Assembly: GCA_042571725.1 (NCBI GenBank)
Contig: JBHPFN010000001.1
Coordinates: forward strand, 5,048-69,047
Source: Candidatus Omnitrophota bacterium
GTDB lineage: Bacteria > Omnitrophota > Gorgyraeia > VGKH01 > JBHPFN01
Reading direction: 5' to 3'
DNA length: 64,000 nt
Made by a program: the position numbers and the translations under genes. Under the pieces are notes generated by a model, which did no database searches, had not been told where the DNA came from, and saw nothing but the letters and a program-made list of their open reading frames with translations. Shown piece by piece: positions 50,196-58,470 of this stretch. Numbering within the stretch: position 1 is the stretch's first letter; each line of letters begins with the position of its first letter.

Positions 50196-51122
50196 TCATT
50201 TGGCTATGCGTTTCTTTAATAACTCTGCAAAATCTCTGTCTTCTTCTTTCACGCAATTTTTGCAATCCGATACTAGCTCAAAGTATTTCTCCATACATCG
50301 CCAAGCTTCTTGCAATGTCTGCTTATCATTATCTGAGGCGGTTTGCGCGTACAGATCAGCTAATCTCCTATGCGCTCTGGAATTATTGGAATCTTGATTT
50401 AAAATTTTCCTATACAGTGCGATCGCCTCCTGGTAATTTCCTAATCCTGACTCTGCTTTGGCAATCTCATGATAAAAATAAATCCTCTTTCTAGTGGATT
50501 TTTCGATAAAGGAAGGATCTAGCTTTAACGCTGTGTTAAACGCCGCAATTGCCTGTGCGTGTTCTCCTGCCGCATTGAATCTCTCTCCTGCCCTATAATA
50601 ACTGACAAACCTTAAAAGCTGCATAATGAATCCTATAGATACCAAAGTAAAAATTAGTGCGATTGCGATAATGAAGATTAGTATCTTTTTCGATATACGA
50701 AGTTCTCTTTCCTTATTACACGGAACCAATAAAACGAATAATAGCAAATCGATAAGAAGCATTGACATAAAAAAACGAAAAGAGAGATTTTCGCTTGGGA
50801 CTGTCAAGCGAACTGCCAACAAAATCAATAGTCCGATAAGTAAACTAATCTTCGCCCAGCGTTTAAAATTGGCCAACCCACAAAAACATATTCCCATAAA
50901 TAAAAAGGAAACTATGCAAACCGATATCCAAAAGGTTTCCTCTTGAAAATTTCCAAAACATCTTAAGCTTTCAGATAAAAATATAATAATACTTGAGGCG
51001 CCGTGACACTTAATGGCTATTATCAAAAAGTAGACATACGAGCACACTGCCCAGGGAATGAAAAATAGAAATGAAGCAATTAAAGCAAATCTTCTAATTA
51101 ATTTCACGTGATTATCTTTCAT
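50196..51122 (-). CDS. Polytopic membrane protein with C-terminal TPR repeats
   Basis: 308-aa ORF with about six N-terminal hydrophobic helices. The C-terminal part carries TPR-like repeats (AGEHAQAIAAFNTALKLDP, GNYQEAIALYRKILNQD). Confidence 0.55.
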   Translation of the reverse strand: MKDNHVKLIRRFALIASFLFFIPWAVCSYVYFLIIAIKCHGASSIIIFLSESLRCFGNFQEETFWISVCIVSFLFMGICFCGLANFKRWAKISLLIGLLILLAVRLTVPSENLSFRFFMSMLLIDLLLFVLLVPCNKERELRISKKILIFIIAIALIFTLVSIGFIMQLLRFVSYYRAGERFNAAGEHAQAIAAFNTALKLDPSFIEKSTRKRIYFYHEIAKAESGLGNYQEAIALYRKILNQDSNNSRAHRRLADLYAQTASDNDKQTLQEAWRCMEKYFELVSDCKNCVKEEDRDFAELLKKRIAK

Positions 51123-51178
51123 TTATCTCTTTTCCTTTTTCTATGTTCTACGCAAATAATGAGTACTATCCTTTATTT

Positions 51179-53047
51179 TCAACCATGAAATTCAAATACT
51201 ACGTACTTAGCGATTTGCCTGCCAGGGTTACGCAGACCGTGCGGTTCTCCTGCTGGGTAAAAAATCACACTGTAAGGACCTACGCACTCACCCAGAGTCT
51301 CAACTTCGCCTTCAAAGACAATAATAGCTACATCATACGGATCGCTGTGGGGCGCATAGCCAGCACCTGGCTCAACCACAGATGTATGACATTGAAGTTT
51401 GTGTAAGTATGCTGTTTTCCCCTCAAATAAAAGTTGTGCTCGAAAATCATCCCTACCCTCTAAAACCTTTGCAGTATCGAATAATTTACGCTGAAGAAAA
51501 CCAAGCGCAGATCCGCTTCTCTGCGAGCGAGCGGCCCACTTAAACATCAAATAATTTGCCGGATAGAGACTAGTTGTCTGTATGGTATGAGCAAAGCCAG
51601 CTGGATAATATACCGCATCGCCGGGCCTTAACGGCATTCGTTCTTTTCCATTTGGGGCATTCGGTAGTACAATATCCACTTCCCCTGAGAGCACCATAAG
51701 AATCTCTTCGTCCTGATGCGCATGCGGCTTGTGCGGACTTTGACCTTGAGTCAGTACCGAAACATGGCAGGATAGCTCTGACAAACCATTAGTAGTGCCG
51801 GTAAATATAGGATAAAACTTCCATCCGCCTTTTTCATCCGGCGGCAGAGGGATCTTTAACGGATACACTTGACCAGCCAATGCGCTATCATCTTTTGTTT
51901 TTGGCCTCATGCGCTTTTTAACTGTGAGTCTAATCCGCTCCTTACGCGAAAGCAGCGCAAGTTTCAATTTTGCTAATCGTCTCTTCAATTCAACTAAAGG
52001 CTTAACCAACGGGCGCATAAGCGCATGCTCGAGCATCCAGACCTTTAACATTGGAAGAAATCTAAATTGCTTCAAGGCTTCTTCGATATCTCTATCTGTA
52101 ACCCAATCGTTTCTTTCTTGTATTGTCTTGTAACGTTTGCACTGAGCGCAGGGGATATCGCTTCTGATTTCTCGCCTGCCCATTAACACCTCTCGGGCGT
52201 AGCTCATTTTTTCATTATTTAAGATTTCTTGCAAGCCGTCTTTAAATACATTTCCGTAGTCGCCCCAGAAATTAACAGAGCAGCCCAAAGCCTTACCGTC
52301 GTAATTAATCTGAGGCTGCGTCCAAAGTTCCAAGCAGCCGCATTTAAGCGAGTAGTCCTGTCCGTACCTCTCTAAAAATTCATCCCTACTGGCAGCGCCC
52401 AGGCCGCTTTCTTTTCTGACTAATTCTGTATTCTTTACCGGAGAAAATGCATCGGTATAAAAATCATCCCAAGAGAGCTTGACATAAAACAACATGTTCA
52501 GCTCATCAGCCATGGCGCGCGCCTTAGCAATCTCGTGTTCGTTGTGACCAAAGGCAATAAACTGCCAGGTCAATATCGGATACCGTGATTTATATTGGGT
52601 TTTAAATTTATTGATCGTTTTAATATTTTCTATAACCTGTTCAAAATTTCCATTGACCCGATACTTAACATATGTCTCTTGGCTTGCCCCATCAATAGAG
52701 CATGTCATTCTGCGAACGCGATATTTAACCAACGCCTCCAGTACTTCAAGGCTAACGTCATTAAGATTTACGCTGTTATCCGCATATAAGGAAATGTTTC
52801 GCTTGTACGCATACTTAATAATTCTTATTAGTTCTTTATTAAGGAATATCTCTCCCCAGTTGGATAGCTCAATAGCGTTTACGCGAGGATTCTTGTCCAC
52901 AAGTTCTTTGAAATCCTTAAATCTAAGGAATCCTGTGCCAATACCTTCTGCTACCTCTCCGCTCGCATTCGGACACGCTGGACACTTAAGCTGACACGCA
53001 GTAGATGCGTCTAAGCGTATCTTTCGAGGTTGGATTATTGTTTTCAT
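51179..53047 (-). CDS. Radical SAM enzyme fused to a C-terminal bicupin domain
   Basis: 622-aa ORF. CQLKCPACPN (CX3CX2C) at residues ~18-25. An auxiliary Cys region CGCLELW...GKALGC...CAQC (partial SPASM/twitch-like). A basic linker follows. Two cupin motifs: HKPHAHQDEEILMVLSGEV...YYPAGFAHT and YAPHSDPYDVAIIVFEGEV...FYPAGEPHG. Confidence 0.72.
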   Translation of the reverse strand: MKTIIQPRKIRLDASTACQLKCPACPNASGEVAEGIGTGFLRFKDFKELVDKNPRVNAIELSNWGEIFLNKELIRIIKYAYKRNISLYADNSVNLNDVSLEVLEALVKYRVRRMTCSIDGASQETYVKYRVNGNFEQVIENIKTINKFKTQYKSRYPILTWQFIAFGHNEHEIAKARAMADELNMLFYVKLSWDDFYTDAFSPVKNTELVRKESGLGAASRDEFLERYGQDYSLKCGCLELWTQPQINYDGKALGCSVNFWGDYGNVFKDGLQEILNNEKMSYAREVLMGRREIRSDIPCAQCKRYKTIQERNDWVTDRDIEEALKQFRFLPMLKVWMLEHALMRPLVKPLVELKRRLAKLKLALLSRKERIRLTVKKRMRPKTKDDSALAGQVYPLKIPLPPDEKGGWKFYPIFTGTTNGLSELSCHVSVLTQGQSPHKPHAHQDEEILMVLSGEVDIVLPNAPNGKERMPLRPGDAVYYPAGFAHTIQTTSLYPANYLMFKWAARSQRSGSALGFLQRKLFDTAKVLEGRDDFRAQLLFEGKTAYLHKLQCHTSVVEPGAGYAPHSDPYDVAIIVFEGEVETLGECVGPYSVIFYPAGEPHGLRNPGRQIAKYVVFEFHG

Positions 53048-53103
53048 ACGGGGCTGCGGTTTTTGTTATTTTCTTTCGAACAGAAACGAATGGGGCAAAA
53101 AAT

Positions 53104-54063
53104 TTATACTTTCTGCGCCTCTTTGGTTAAACGACGGGCTACTTCAAGAGCGGCATCAACAATTAAGGTTGATGCGCTTAGGTTCGTATGATATCCGGAG
53201 GTTTTTGTGGTGCGCTGACGCATCACCAGCACATCCACCCCCTCTGACTTTGTCTGTTCACATAATATCCCTTTGTGGACATTAACAGTGGCATCGCTTC
53301 TCTTTTCAAAAAGCTTAGCCTCTTCTTTGGCAATCAAGACGCAATACAGATATGGATAAGCGTGTCCCTGAACGCTGTTAATTGAAATCTGAATCTGCAT
53401 TCCCAGAAAATAATCCGGGGCGTTGACAAAACGGATCATAACCCGCGCGTCAACCGGCACGCGCCCTTTTTCTTTAGTCTGCTGCGTTGAGAGCATTGGT
53501 AACACCTGAATATCGCTAGGGGCTGCAAGTCTTTGCATAATCTCCTCTAAAAGATTAATCTTGATAATCAATTTATCTTTTGTCAAAAAATTCCGCACGC
53601 CAGTAATCCAGTGAGGAGCAAAAACCACGATGGCATCCCAGGCCCAATACGTAGCAAGCTGCAATTTGTTGTTGAAAATAAGCATATACCACACCATAAA
53701 GCAAAACACAGTCACTACTATAAAAATACCCGAGCCTAAAGGGTTAGTGATATCAAAACAATCTGAATCCCATTTCTTAAGCTGTTTCTGTTTAAGCTTT
53801 ACTTTAGCGTACTCATCAGGCGTAACTTGATTCCACTCTTCTGCGCTGACCACTTCAGGTTTATCTGCGTATCCCCGAATCAGACTTAAGCCCGTAGCAA
53901 TTGCCAAAAGCACAAGCCCAAAAGCAAAATTTAAAAACAACTGTACAATAATTCCAGCGACGAATAACCCTGCAATAAGCTGCATCCTGGTTAGATACGG
54001 CAACTTTTTTGCAAAAATGAATTTGATGTCACCTTGGCGTTGGGGATCAGGAAAAAAACTCAT
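53104..54063 (-). CDS. Membrane protein of unknown function (4 TM plus a soluble C-terminal domain)
   Basis: Start at MSFFPDPQ (ATG 54063), which overlaps the upstream stop in ATGA. Hydrophobic helices at about aa 30-75 and 110-150. No family recognised. Confidence 0.45.
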   Translation of the reverse strand: MSFFPDPQRQGDIKFIFAKKLPYLTRMQLIAGLFVAGIIVQLFLNFAFGLVLLAIATGLSLIRGYADKPEVVSAEEWNQVTPDEYAKVKLKQKQLKKWDSDCFDITNPLGSGIFIVVTVFCFMVWYMLIFNNKLQLATYWAWDAIVVFAPHWITGVRNFLTKDKLIIKINLLEEIMQRLAAPSDIQVLPMLSTQQTKEKGRVPVDARVMIRFVNAPDYFLGMQIQISINSVQGHAYPYLYCVLIAKEEAKLFEKRSDATVNVHKGILCEQTKSEGVDVLVMRQRTTKTSGYHTNLSASTLIVDAALEVARRLTKEAQKV

Positions 54064-55394
54064 ACCAATGCCTCCTTGCAATTATGCAGAATCTCTTTGA
54101 AACCAACCTGCTTCCAATAGAGCGGGCAGCCGCCGTTGCAGACCGCTAGATCCTCACATGCCTGACAGATATCATGGGCAAACCTTTTCTTCTGGAAAAA
54201 TTCAAAATCTGGACTGCGCCACATCTCTCTAAATCGACCTTTTATCTTTAGCATATTACCCATTGGCTGCGGGAAGCTCGAGCAGGGCAAGATGTCTCCG
54301 CTTGGTGAAATGCTTAAAAGTCCATCGCAGGCAGCGCAGCCTTTATTGCCTAATCCGTGGACAATAGGATTAAAAATACACATAGGCGTAGGCGAATACC
54401 ACATAAATTCTAACCCTAACTGCTTGGCATGCTTAGCTACCTGCAGAATAATTCCCCCGATCTCGGTGTAAGTCACCAAAACCTCTTTAAGATTCTCAAC
54501 CGCCGCGCCCTCAGGCATAAGCATATTCATGGAGAATTTACTTAACCCTCGCTTCTTCACCAGCTCAACAATTTTCAATAGGTGGTTTTTATTCAAAGCT
54601 GAAATTGTTGAATTAGTATGCACTCTAATGCCAGCTTCCTGCAGATGTTTCAATCCCTGCAAGGTTAGAGAAAACGCCCCGGGACTTTTGACGATCGAAT
54701 CGTGAACAGTTGCCTCTGCTGCCTCCAGACTGACCTGCGCCGAATCCAAACCGGCGTGCTTTAATTTCGCGGCAAAATCTTTGGTGATTAACGTTGCGTT
54801 GGTAATAAGATTAGTCCACATCCTAAGCGACTTAGCATGTTCAATCAATTCGAATAAGTCATCGCGCAAGGTAGGCTCTCCTCCGGTAAAGCTGACCGAA
54901 GGCACTTCTGCTTCGTGTTTAATAATCGCTAAGATCTTTTTGAACGATTCACTTGAAAGCTCTGGAGAATCATCTACCTTCTTGCATCCGCAGGCAGCAT
55001 AACAAAATCTACAGGCCAGGTTACATCGGTAGGTAAGGGCAATCTCGCTTAATACAGGCAGTGTATTAAACGGCAGGGCAAACGGCACCTTCTCAACTGC
55101 GCGACGCTCATCCTGTTCATGGTAACAACCCTTAAGCACCGCACGCAGGTCGCAGAAAAAATTGTGTATATCATACGCGACCTGTTCTCTTTCAGCATAC
55201 CTATTGATAATTGTATAGATACTCTCGCCCTTCAACAGGTGTTTTAGAAGTGCAACACCCTGCGGATTGAGCTTATACGCCTCGTTAGGAATTTTAATAA
55301 GCAGATTATCTGTCTCTCTGACGTAGATAAACGATGCAACATTACGGATGTATTCATCTACCCATTGTATCTGCGAATAGTAATTCATTTTCAT
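54060..55394 (-). CDS. Radical SAM/SPASM-domain enzyme with N-terminal PqqD-like (RRE-type) domain
   Basis: 444-aa ORF. CNLACRFCYA radical SAM motif. C-terminal GCAACDG...LPC and CQACEDLAVCNGGC (CX2CX5CX3C) SPASM motifs. The first ~95 aa (LLIKIPNEAYKLNPQGVALLKHLLKGESIYTIINRYAERE) resemble PqqD/RRE domains. The ATG is 2 nt after the upstream stop. Confidence 0.8.
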   Translation of the reverse strand: MKMNYYSQIQWVDEYIRNVASFIYVRETDNLLIKIPNEAYKLNPQGVALLKHLLKGESIYTIINRYAEREQVAYDIHNFFCDLRAVLKGCYHEQDERRAVEKVPFALPFNTLPVLSEIALTYRCNLACRFCYAACGCKKVDDSPELSSESFKKILAIIKHEAEVPSVSFTGGEPTLRDDLFELIEHAKSLRMWTNLITNATLITKDFAAKLKHAGLDSAQVSLEAAEATVHDSIVKSPGAFSLTLQGLKHLQEAGIRVHTNSTISALNKNHLLKIVELVKKRGLSKFSMNMLMPEGAAVENLKEVLVTYTEIGGIILQVAKHAKQLGLEFMWYSPTPMCIFNPIVHGLGNKGCAACDGLLSISPSGDILPCSSFPQPMGNMLKIKGRFREMWRSPDFEFFQKKRFAHDICQACEDLAVCNGGCPLYWKQVGFKEILHNCKEALV

Positions 55395-55396
55395 CC

Positions 55397-57112
55397 TTAA
55401 TGGCCGCTACTCACGCACGCCCCGTGACAGGCGCCGTGACAGGCCGAATGACACGCTGAGTGACAGGCCGAGTGACACGCTGAATGACAGGCGTCATGGC
55501 ACATATTTTGGACAAAGGGTCCGTTATAGCATACCGCAGACGACCTAAACGAAGAAAACCCTTCGCTCGTCTGCGGAATCGTCTTAGCAAATTGCTTGCC
55601 TATCGTCTCACTTTTGTCATAGTTCTGCCGGCCGTGATAACTTCTTCCGTAATAATGGTGGTAATATCCTCCCCAGTAATACGCATCCTCGCTCTTTTTA
55701 TCCCCTGAGAGCTCACCTAGGCGACGCTTATAATATTTTTTCGTTGCCTCCAAATCACAATCCCAGGTCTTCTGCTCAAGCCCTGCCCCAATCGAATAGT
55801 ACATGTCGTACAGTGGCTGCTCTGCGATGCTACCGTCGTGCTGAATCGCAGCGTAGAGAGTGTTTTCATACGTGTCGCTGCTCCAATGAGAACCCGGCAG
55901 ACGTTCAACGCGTAATGGTTCAAGGCTTTTTACTTTCAACAATCCCTTGCGCTCCATATTACGCACAATAAATCCTGTAAGTTTTGCAAGTGGAATATCC
56001 AATAATACACCGGCCTCTAAAGCACTTAAGATTTTGCAGATCTTGCCTTTTTTGCGAAACGTCCCGGTCTGCACCTTAGGAGGAACCCATTCAGTACCCT
56101 CCCATTTAACTTGCGAGATTCCGTCTTGCGCAGCCAACATAGAGATGTGCTTGCGCGTCATGATAATAAAAGGTGGCACACCGAAGATTAAAATGACAAT
56201 TACTACTATAAGAAATAAACTCAAGCCGCTTAGCGGCATCTGGGAAAGTACGCTTCCGGGAAAAAACCGATTAAGCGCATAGGCCTCTCTCGCCCGTTTA
56301 AAGCCTTTGGTAGAACCTCCCGGCACCGAAGGCGCCATGGTAGTAAGAGAAAAGTGTTTTGCATCCACATAGGTCTGAATCTGGAAATGGTAACGGGAAT
56401 TCAAATTTTCCCGGTGAAATAAAACCGTAAAGATATTTTCGCTGTTGAGTCCCTTCACGGTCCGATAATCAATGCGGTAGCGCTGATTGACGTATTTTTC
56501 GGTTTTAAACTTTATGCGCTCAAGGTCTTCAGTGTTTACCGTTTCAGTAGCAAGCGTTATAGGATAGTGCACCACTACTGTCTCGTGCTCCAGGCTATCG
56601 TTCCACTGCACAGGGGCCCAGTTAAACACTGCGAGCCTTCCAAATTTACTTTCAGTTTGGGTGACGTTTCCGCTCTTTTCCAAATCAGTGGCGTAGCGGA
56701 AAAAATAGGTTATTTCGCCATTATCAAATGCGCGGCCATCGGAAAGCACGATATCGTATTTCCGAGAAGAGAGCTTTTTTATATCCAGCGCGTATTTATT
56801 GCCCTCCTGGTCCACTGCATATGAATTTGTATAATCAAACTGCGGCTGGCCGGTGAAACCTTCAAAGTAGAATCCATGGAGGTTCGCATTGCTACAGGAC
56901 CACCTCACTGCGTAAGATACCTGGGCCTTAGCGTCTTTATCCAAGATAACATCCACCTCAACCCAGCGCATGCGAAAATTGCCTGCCTCTGCAGAAGACT
57001 GCAATAGCAGGCTCAATATCAACAGAACAGCAAGCAAAACAAACGCTTTCAACGAAAAACACCGGTGGGAGTTGCGAAAAAAACTAAAAGGTTTAAAGAA
57101 GATAGCACCCAT
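55397..57112 (-). CDS. Single-pass membrane protein (DUF2207-like layout) with Tyr/His-rich segment and C-terminal (Cys-His-x-Ala)x7 tail
   Basis: Signal peptide ...LLLQSSAEA, an extracytoplasmic domain of ~260 aa, and the TM segment LSLFLIVVIVILIFGVPPFIIM followed by TRKH. The cytoplasmic region holds YYWGGYYHHYYGRSYHGRQNY and the terminal MCHDACHSACHSACHSACHSACHGACHGACVSSGH. ATG 57112 is preferred. The ORF track extends to GTG 57160. No SD for either start. Confidence 0.6.
   Translation of the reverse strand: MGAIFFKPFSFFRNSHRCFSLKAFVLLAVLLILSLLLQSSAEAGNFRMRWVEVDVILDKDAKAQVSYAVRWSCSNANLHGFYFEGFTGQPQFDYTNSYAVDQEGNKYALDIKKLSSRKYDIVLSDGRAFDNGEITYFFRYATDLEKSGNVTQTESKFGRLAVFNWAPVQWNDSLEHETVVVHYPITLATETVNTEDLERIKFKTEKYVNQRYRIDYRTVKGLNSENIFTVLFHRENLNSRYHFQIQTYVDAKHFSLTTMAPSVPGGSTKGFKRAREAYALNRFFPGSVLSQMPLSGLSLFLIVVIVILIFGVPPFIIMTRKHISMLAAQDGISQVKWEGTEWVPPKVQTGTFRKKGKICKILSALEAGVLLDIPLAKLTGFIVRNMERKGLLKVKSLEPLRVERLPGSHWSSDTYENTLYAAIQHDGSIAEQPLYDMYYSIGAGLEQKTWDCDLEATKKYYKRRLGELSGDKKSEDAYYWGGYYHHYYGRSYHGRQNYDKSETIGKQFAKTIPQTSEGFSSFRSSAVCYNGPFVQNMCHDACHSACHSACHSACHSACHGACHGACVSSGH
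55415..55501 (-). repeat. 12-nt-period coding tandem repeat (7 units) encoding C-H-[DSG]-A
   Basis: Minus-strand units: CAT GAC GCC TGT / CAT TCA GCG TGT / CAC TCG GCC TGT / CAC TCA GCG TGT / CAT TCG GCC TGT / CAC GGC GCC TGT / CAC GGG GCG TGC. Confidence 0.9.
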
Positions 57113-57121
57113 TGTGTTTAT

Positions 57122-57148
57122 TGTATAGCACAATCGTTCTATTTTCAA
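57122..57148 (-). promoter_or_regulatory. Candidate extended -10 promoter giving a (near-)leaderless transcript of the Cys/His-tail gene
   Basis: On the minus strand, TTGAAA (57148-43), N15, TGC-TATACA (57130-22). The -10 box ends 9 nt before ATG 57112. No SD is present. Confidence 0.35.
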
Positions 57149-57178
57149 GAAATGGAACACAGATTATTGTTTTGTGCG

Positions 57179-57604
57179 TTACTTACCTAATGCCTGTTCA
57201 AGGTCCATCGCGTGCTCTTGCTCAACCGCAAGGATATTGCGCAACTGCTGTGCTAGATGAAAAAGATTAAGCTCTTCTGCCTGACGGATACGTGTGATGT
57301 AGCGCTCAATCGCATCATTTTCACCGGCTAAGTCCTGCTTGAGCATTGCGATGTTGTTTTTAGAAACTTTCGGCAGCGGCATCTTAACCGTAGGAAAACC
57401 ACCCAAATAATCTATCTGCGAGGCAAGAGCTGTTGCGTGCGCCAACTCTTCCTGGGCGTGGATGACCAACTCCTTCTGAATACTCTGGTACATCGCACCC
57501 TTTAATACTCCTTGATGCTGGGTATACTGCACACAAGCGGTATATTCCAGACCAAGATCCATGTTTAATAACTCAATTAATTTTTGTTTTGATATCTTTG
57601 CCAT
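57179..57604 (-). CDS. Ferritin-like / bacterioferritin-family di-iron protein
   Basis: 141 aa from MAKISKQ (GGGAGAG RBS). Four-helix pattern with LEY...EELAH...GENDAIERY...EQEH (E, ExxH, E, ExxH) ligand spacing. Confidence 0.68.
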   Translation of the reverse strand: MAKISKQKLIELLNMDLGLEYTACVQYTQHQGVLKGAMYQSIQKELVIHAQEELAHATALASQIDYLGGFPTVKMPLPKVSKNNIAMLKQDLAGENDAIERYITRIRQAEELNLFHLAQQLRNILAVEQEHAMDLEQALGK

Positions 57605-57623
57605 ACGTTCTCTCCCTTCTTTA

Positions 57624-57848
57624 CTATTGAAACATAAGCCCATAGTACTCGGTTAAAACCCGCGCAGCTTGCATCGAAGCGATAGCGAGCCAAAACGTCA
57701 GCGCCGCCACAATAGTAGTGGTAATAATCTTAGAGTTTTTGCTGAAGCGCGGATTGCACCACATCAGTGGCAAGGCAAGCGGTCCCACGCAGAACAAGGC
57801 GATTATCAACACAGACGTCTTTAAGTACCACTTAGTCTGCTTTTCCAT
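57624..57848 (-). CDS. Small two-TM membrane protein
   Basis: 74-aa ORF with two hydrophobic helices. Tightly packed between neighbours (gaps of 10 and 19 nt). Confidence 0.4.
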   Translation of the reverse strand: MEKQTKWYLKTSVLIIALFCVGPLALPLMWCNPRFSKNSKIITTTIVAALTFWLAIASMQAARVLTEYYGLMFQ

Positions 57849-57858
57849 TATTTTTGAT

Positions 57859-58404
57859 TTATTGATCTTTTTGAGAATGCATTAACCCGCCCTTCATCAT
57901 AGAACAATGGCCCTTTGCGCCTTTCTTCATTGGACAGGACGAATCCTCTTTTTTCATTTCCTTGAAAATCTGCTTCATCTTGGCTTTTTGATCTTTCGTA
58001 AGTATGCTTTTAAGCGTGGCGCATGTATTGACTAATGCTTTTGCCTTTTGCTTCTTTAGTTCATATTTCTTATCGATGAGCGCATTGACTGCATCGATAT
58101 CAACCGCATCTTGGTATAACGCTGCTTTTATATCCACAGCGAGTATTTCGATTTCAGCCTTCTTCATGATAAGGTCTTTTTTGGTAGCAACCTTCAAATC
58201 TTTTATTGTCTGCATCTGCTCATCCGAAAGGCCCAACTCTTCCTGTTTCTTCATAAGAAATTTGACCTTATGGGAAAATTTTTCTTCGAGATTCCACTGC
58301 TTACTTTCTTTTTTCCCGTGGTCGCGCGCAAACACCTCAACCGTTACCGCGCCCAACATCAATGCTACAACCAAAACCGCTACTACTGCTAACCGCTTCT
58401 TCAT
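57859..58404 (-). CDS. Periplasmic Spy/CpxP/ZraP-like (LTXXQ-type) protein with Cys/Met/His-rich tail
   Basis: 181-aa ORF with a signal peptide. All-helical and Lys/Glu-rich, with LSDEQMQTIKDL and LTKDQKAKMKQI (LTxxQ-like) repeats. Tail SSCPMKKGAKGHCSMMKGGLMHSQ. Confidence 0.55.
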   Translation of the reverse strand: MKKRLAVVAVLVVALMLGAVTVEVFARDHGKKESKQWNLEEKFSHKVKFLMKKQEELGLSDEQMQTIKDLKVATKKDLIMKKAEIEILAVDIKAALYQDAVDIDAVNALIDKKYELKKQKAKALVNTCATLKSILTKDQKAKMKQIFKEMKKEDSSCPMKKGAKGHCSMMKGGLMHSQKDQ

Positions 58405-58470
58405 AACCCACTCTCCTTTCTTTGTCTTTCTTTAATTTCTTCCCAATTTCATATTTTACTTATCATCCTA

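Noticed and set aside
55415-55501. The 12-nt tandem repeat as a CRISPR array or other non-coding microsatellite.
   Set aside because: The period is far too short, there are no spacers, and the repeat is in frame and encodes a regular CHxA peptide within a long ORF.
55397-55520. Reading ACHSACH as overlapping CX3CH c-type heme (or magnetochrome-like) attachment motifs. Also linking the locus (TPR, FecR and ferritin-like genes) to magnetosome genes.
   Set aside because: Predicted topology puts the tail in the cytoplasm, whereas heme c attachment is periplasmic. The canonical motif is CXXCH. No mam/mad-like genes (MamK/B/M/E/P) were recognised. This is kept only as a remote possibility.
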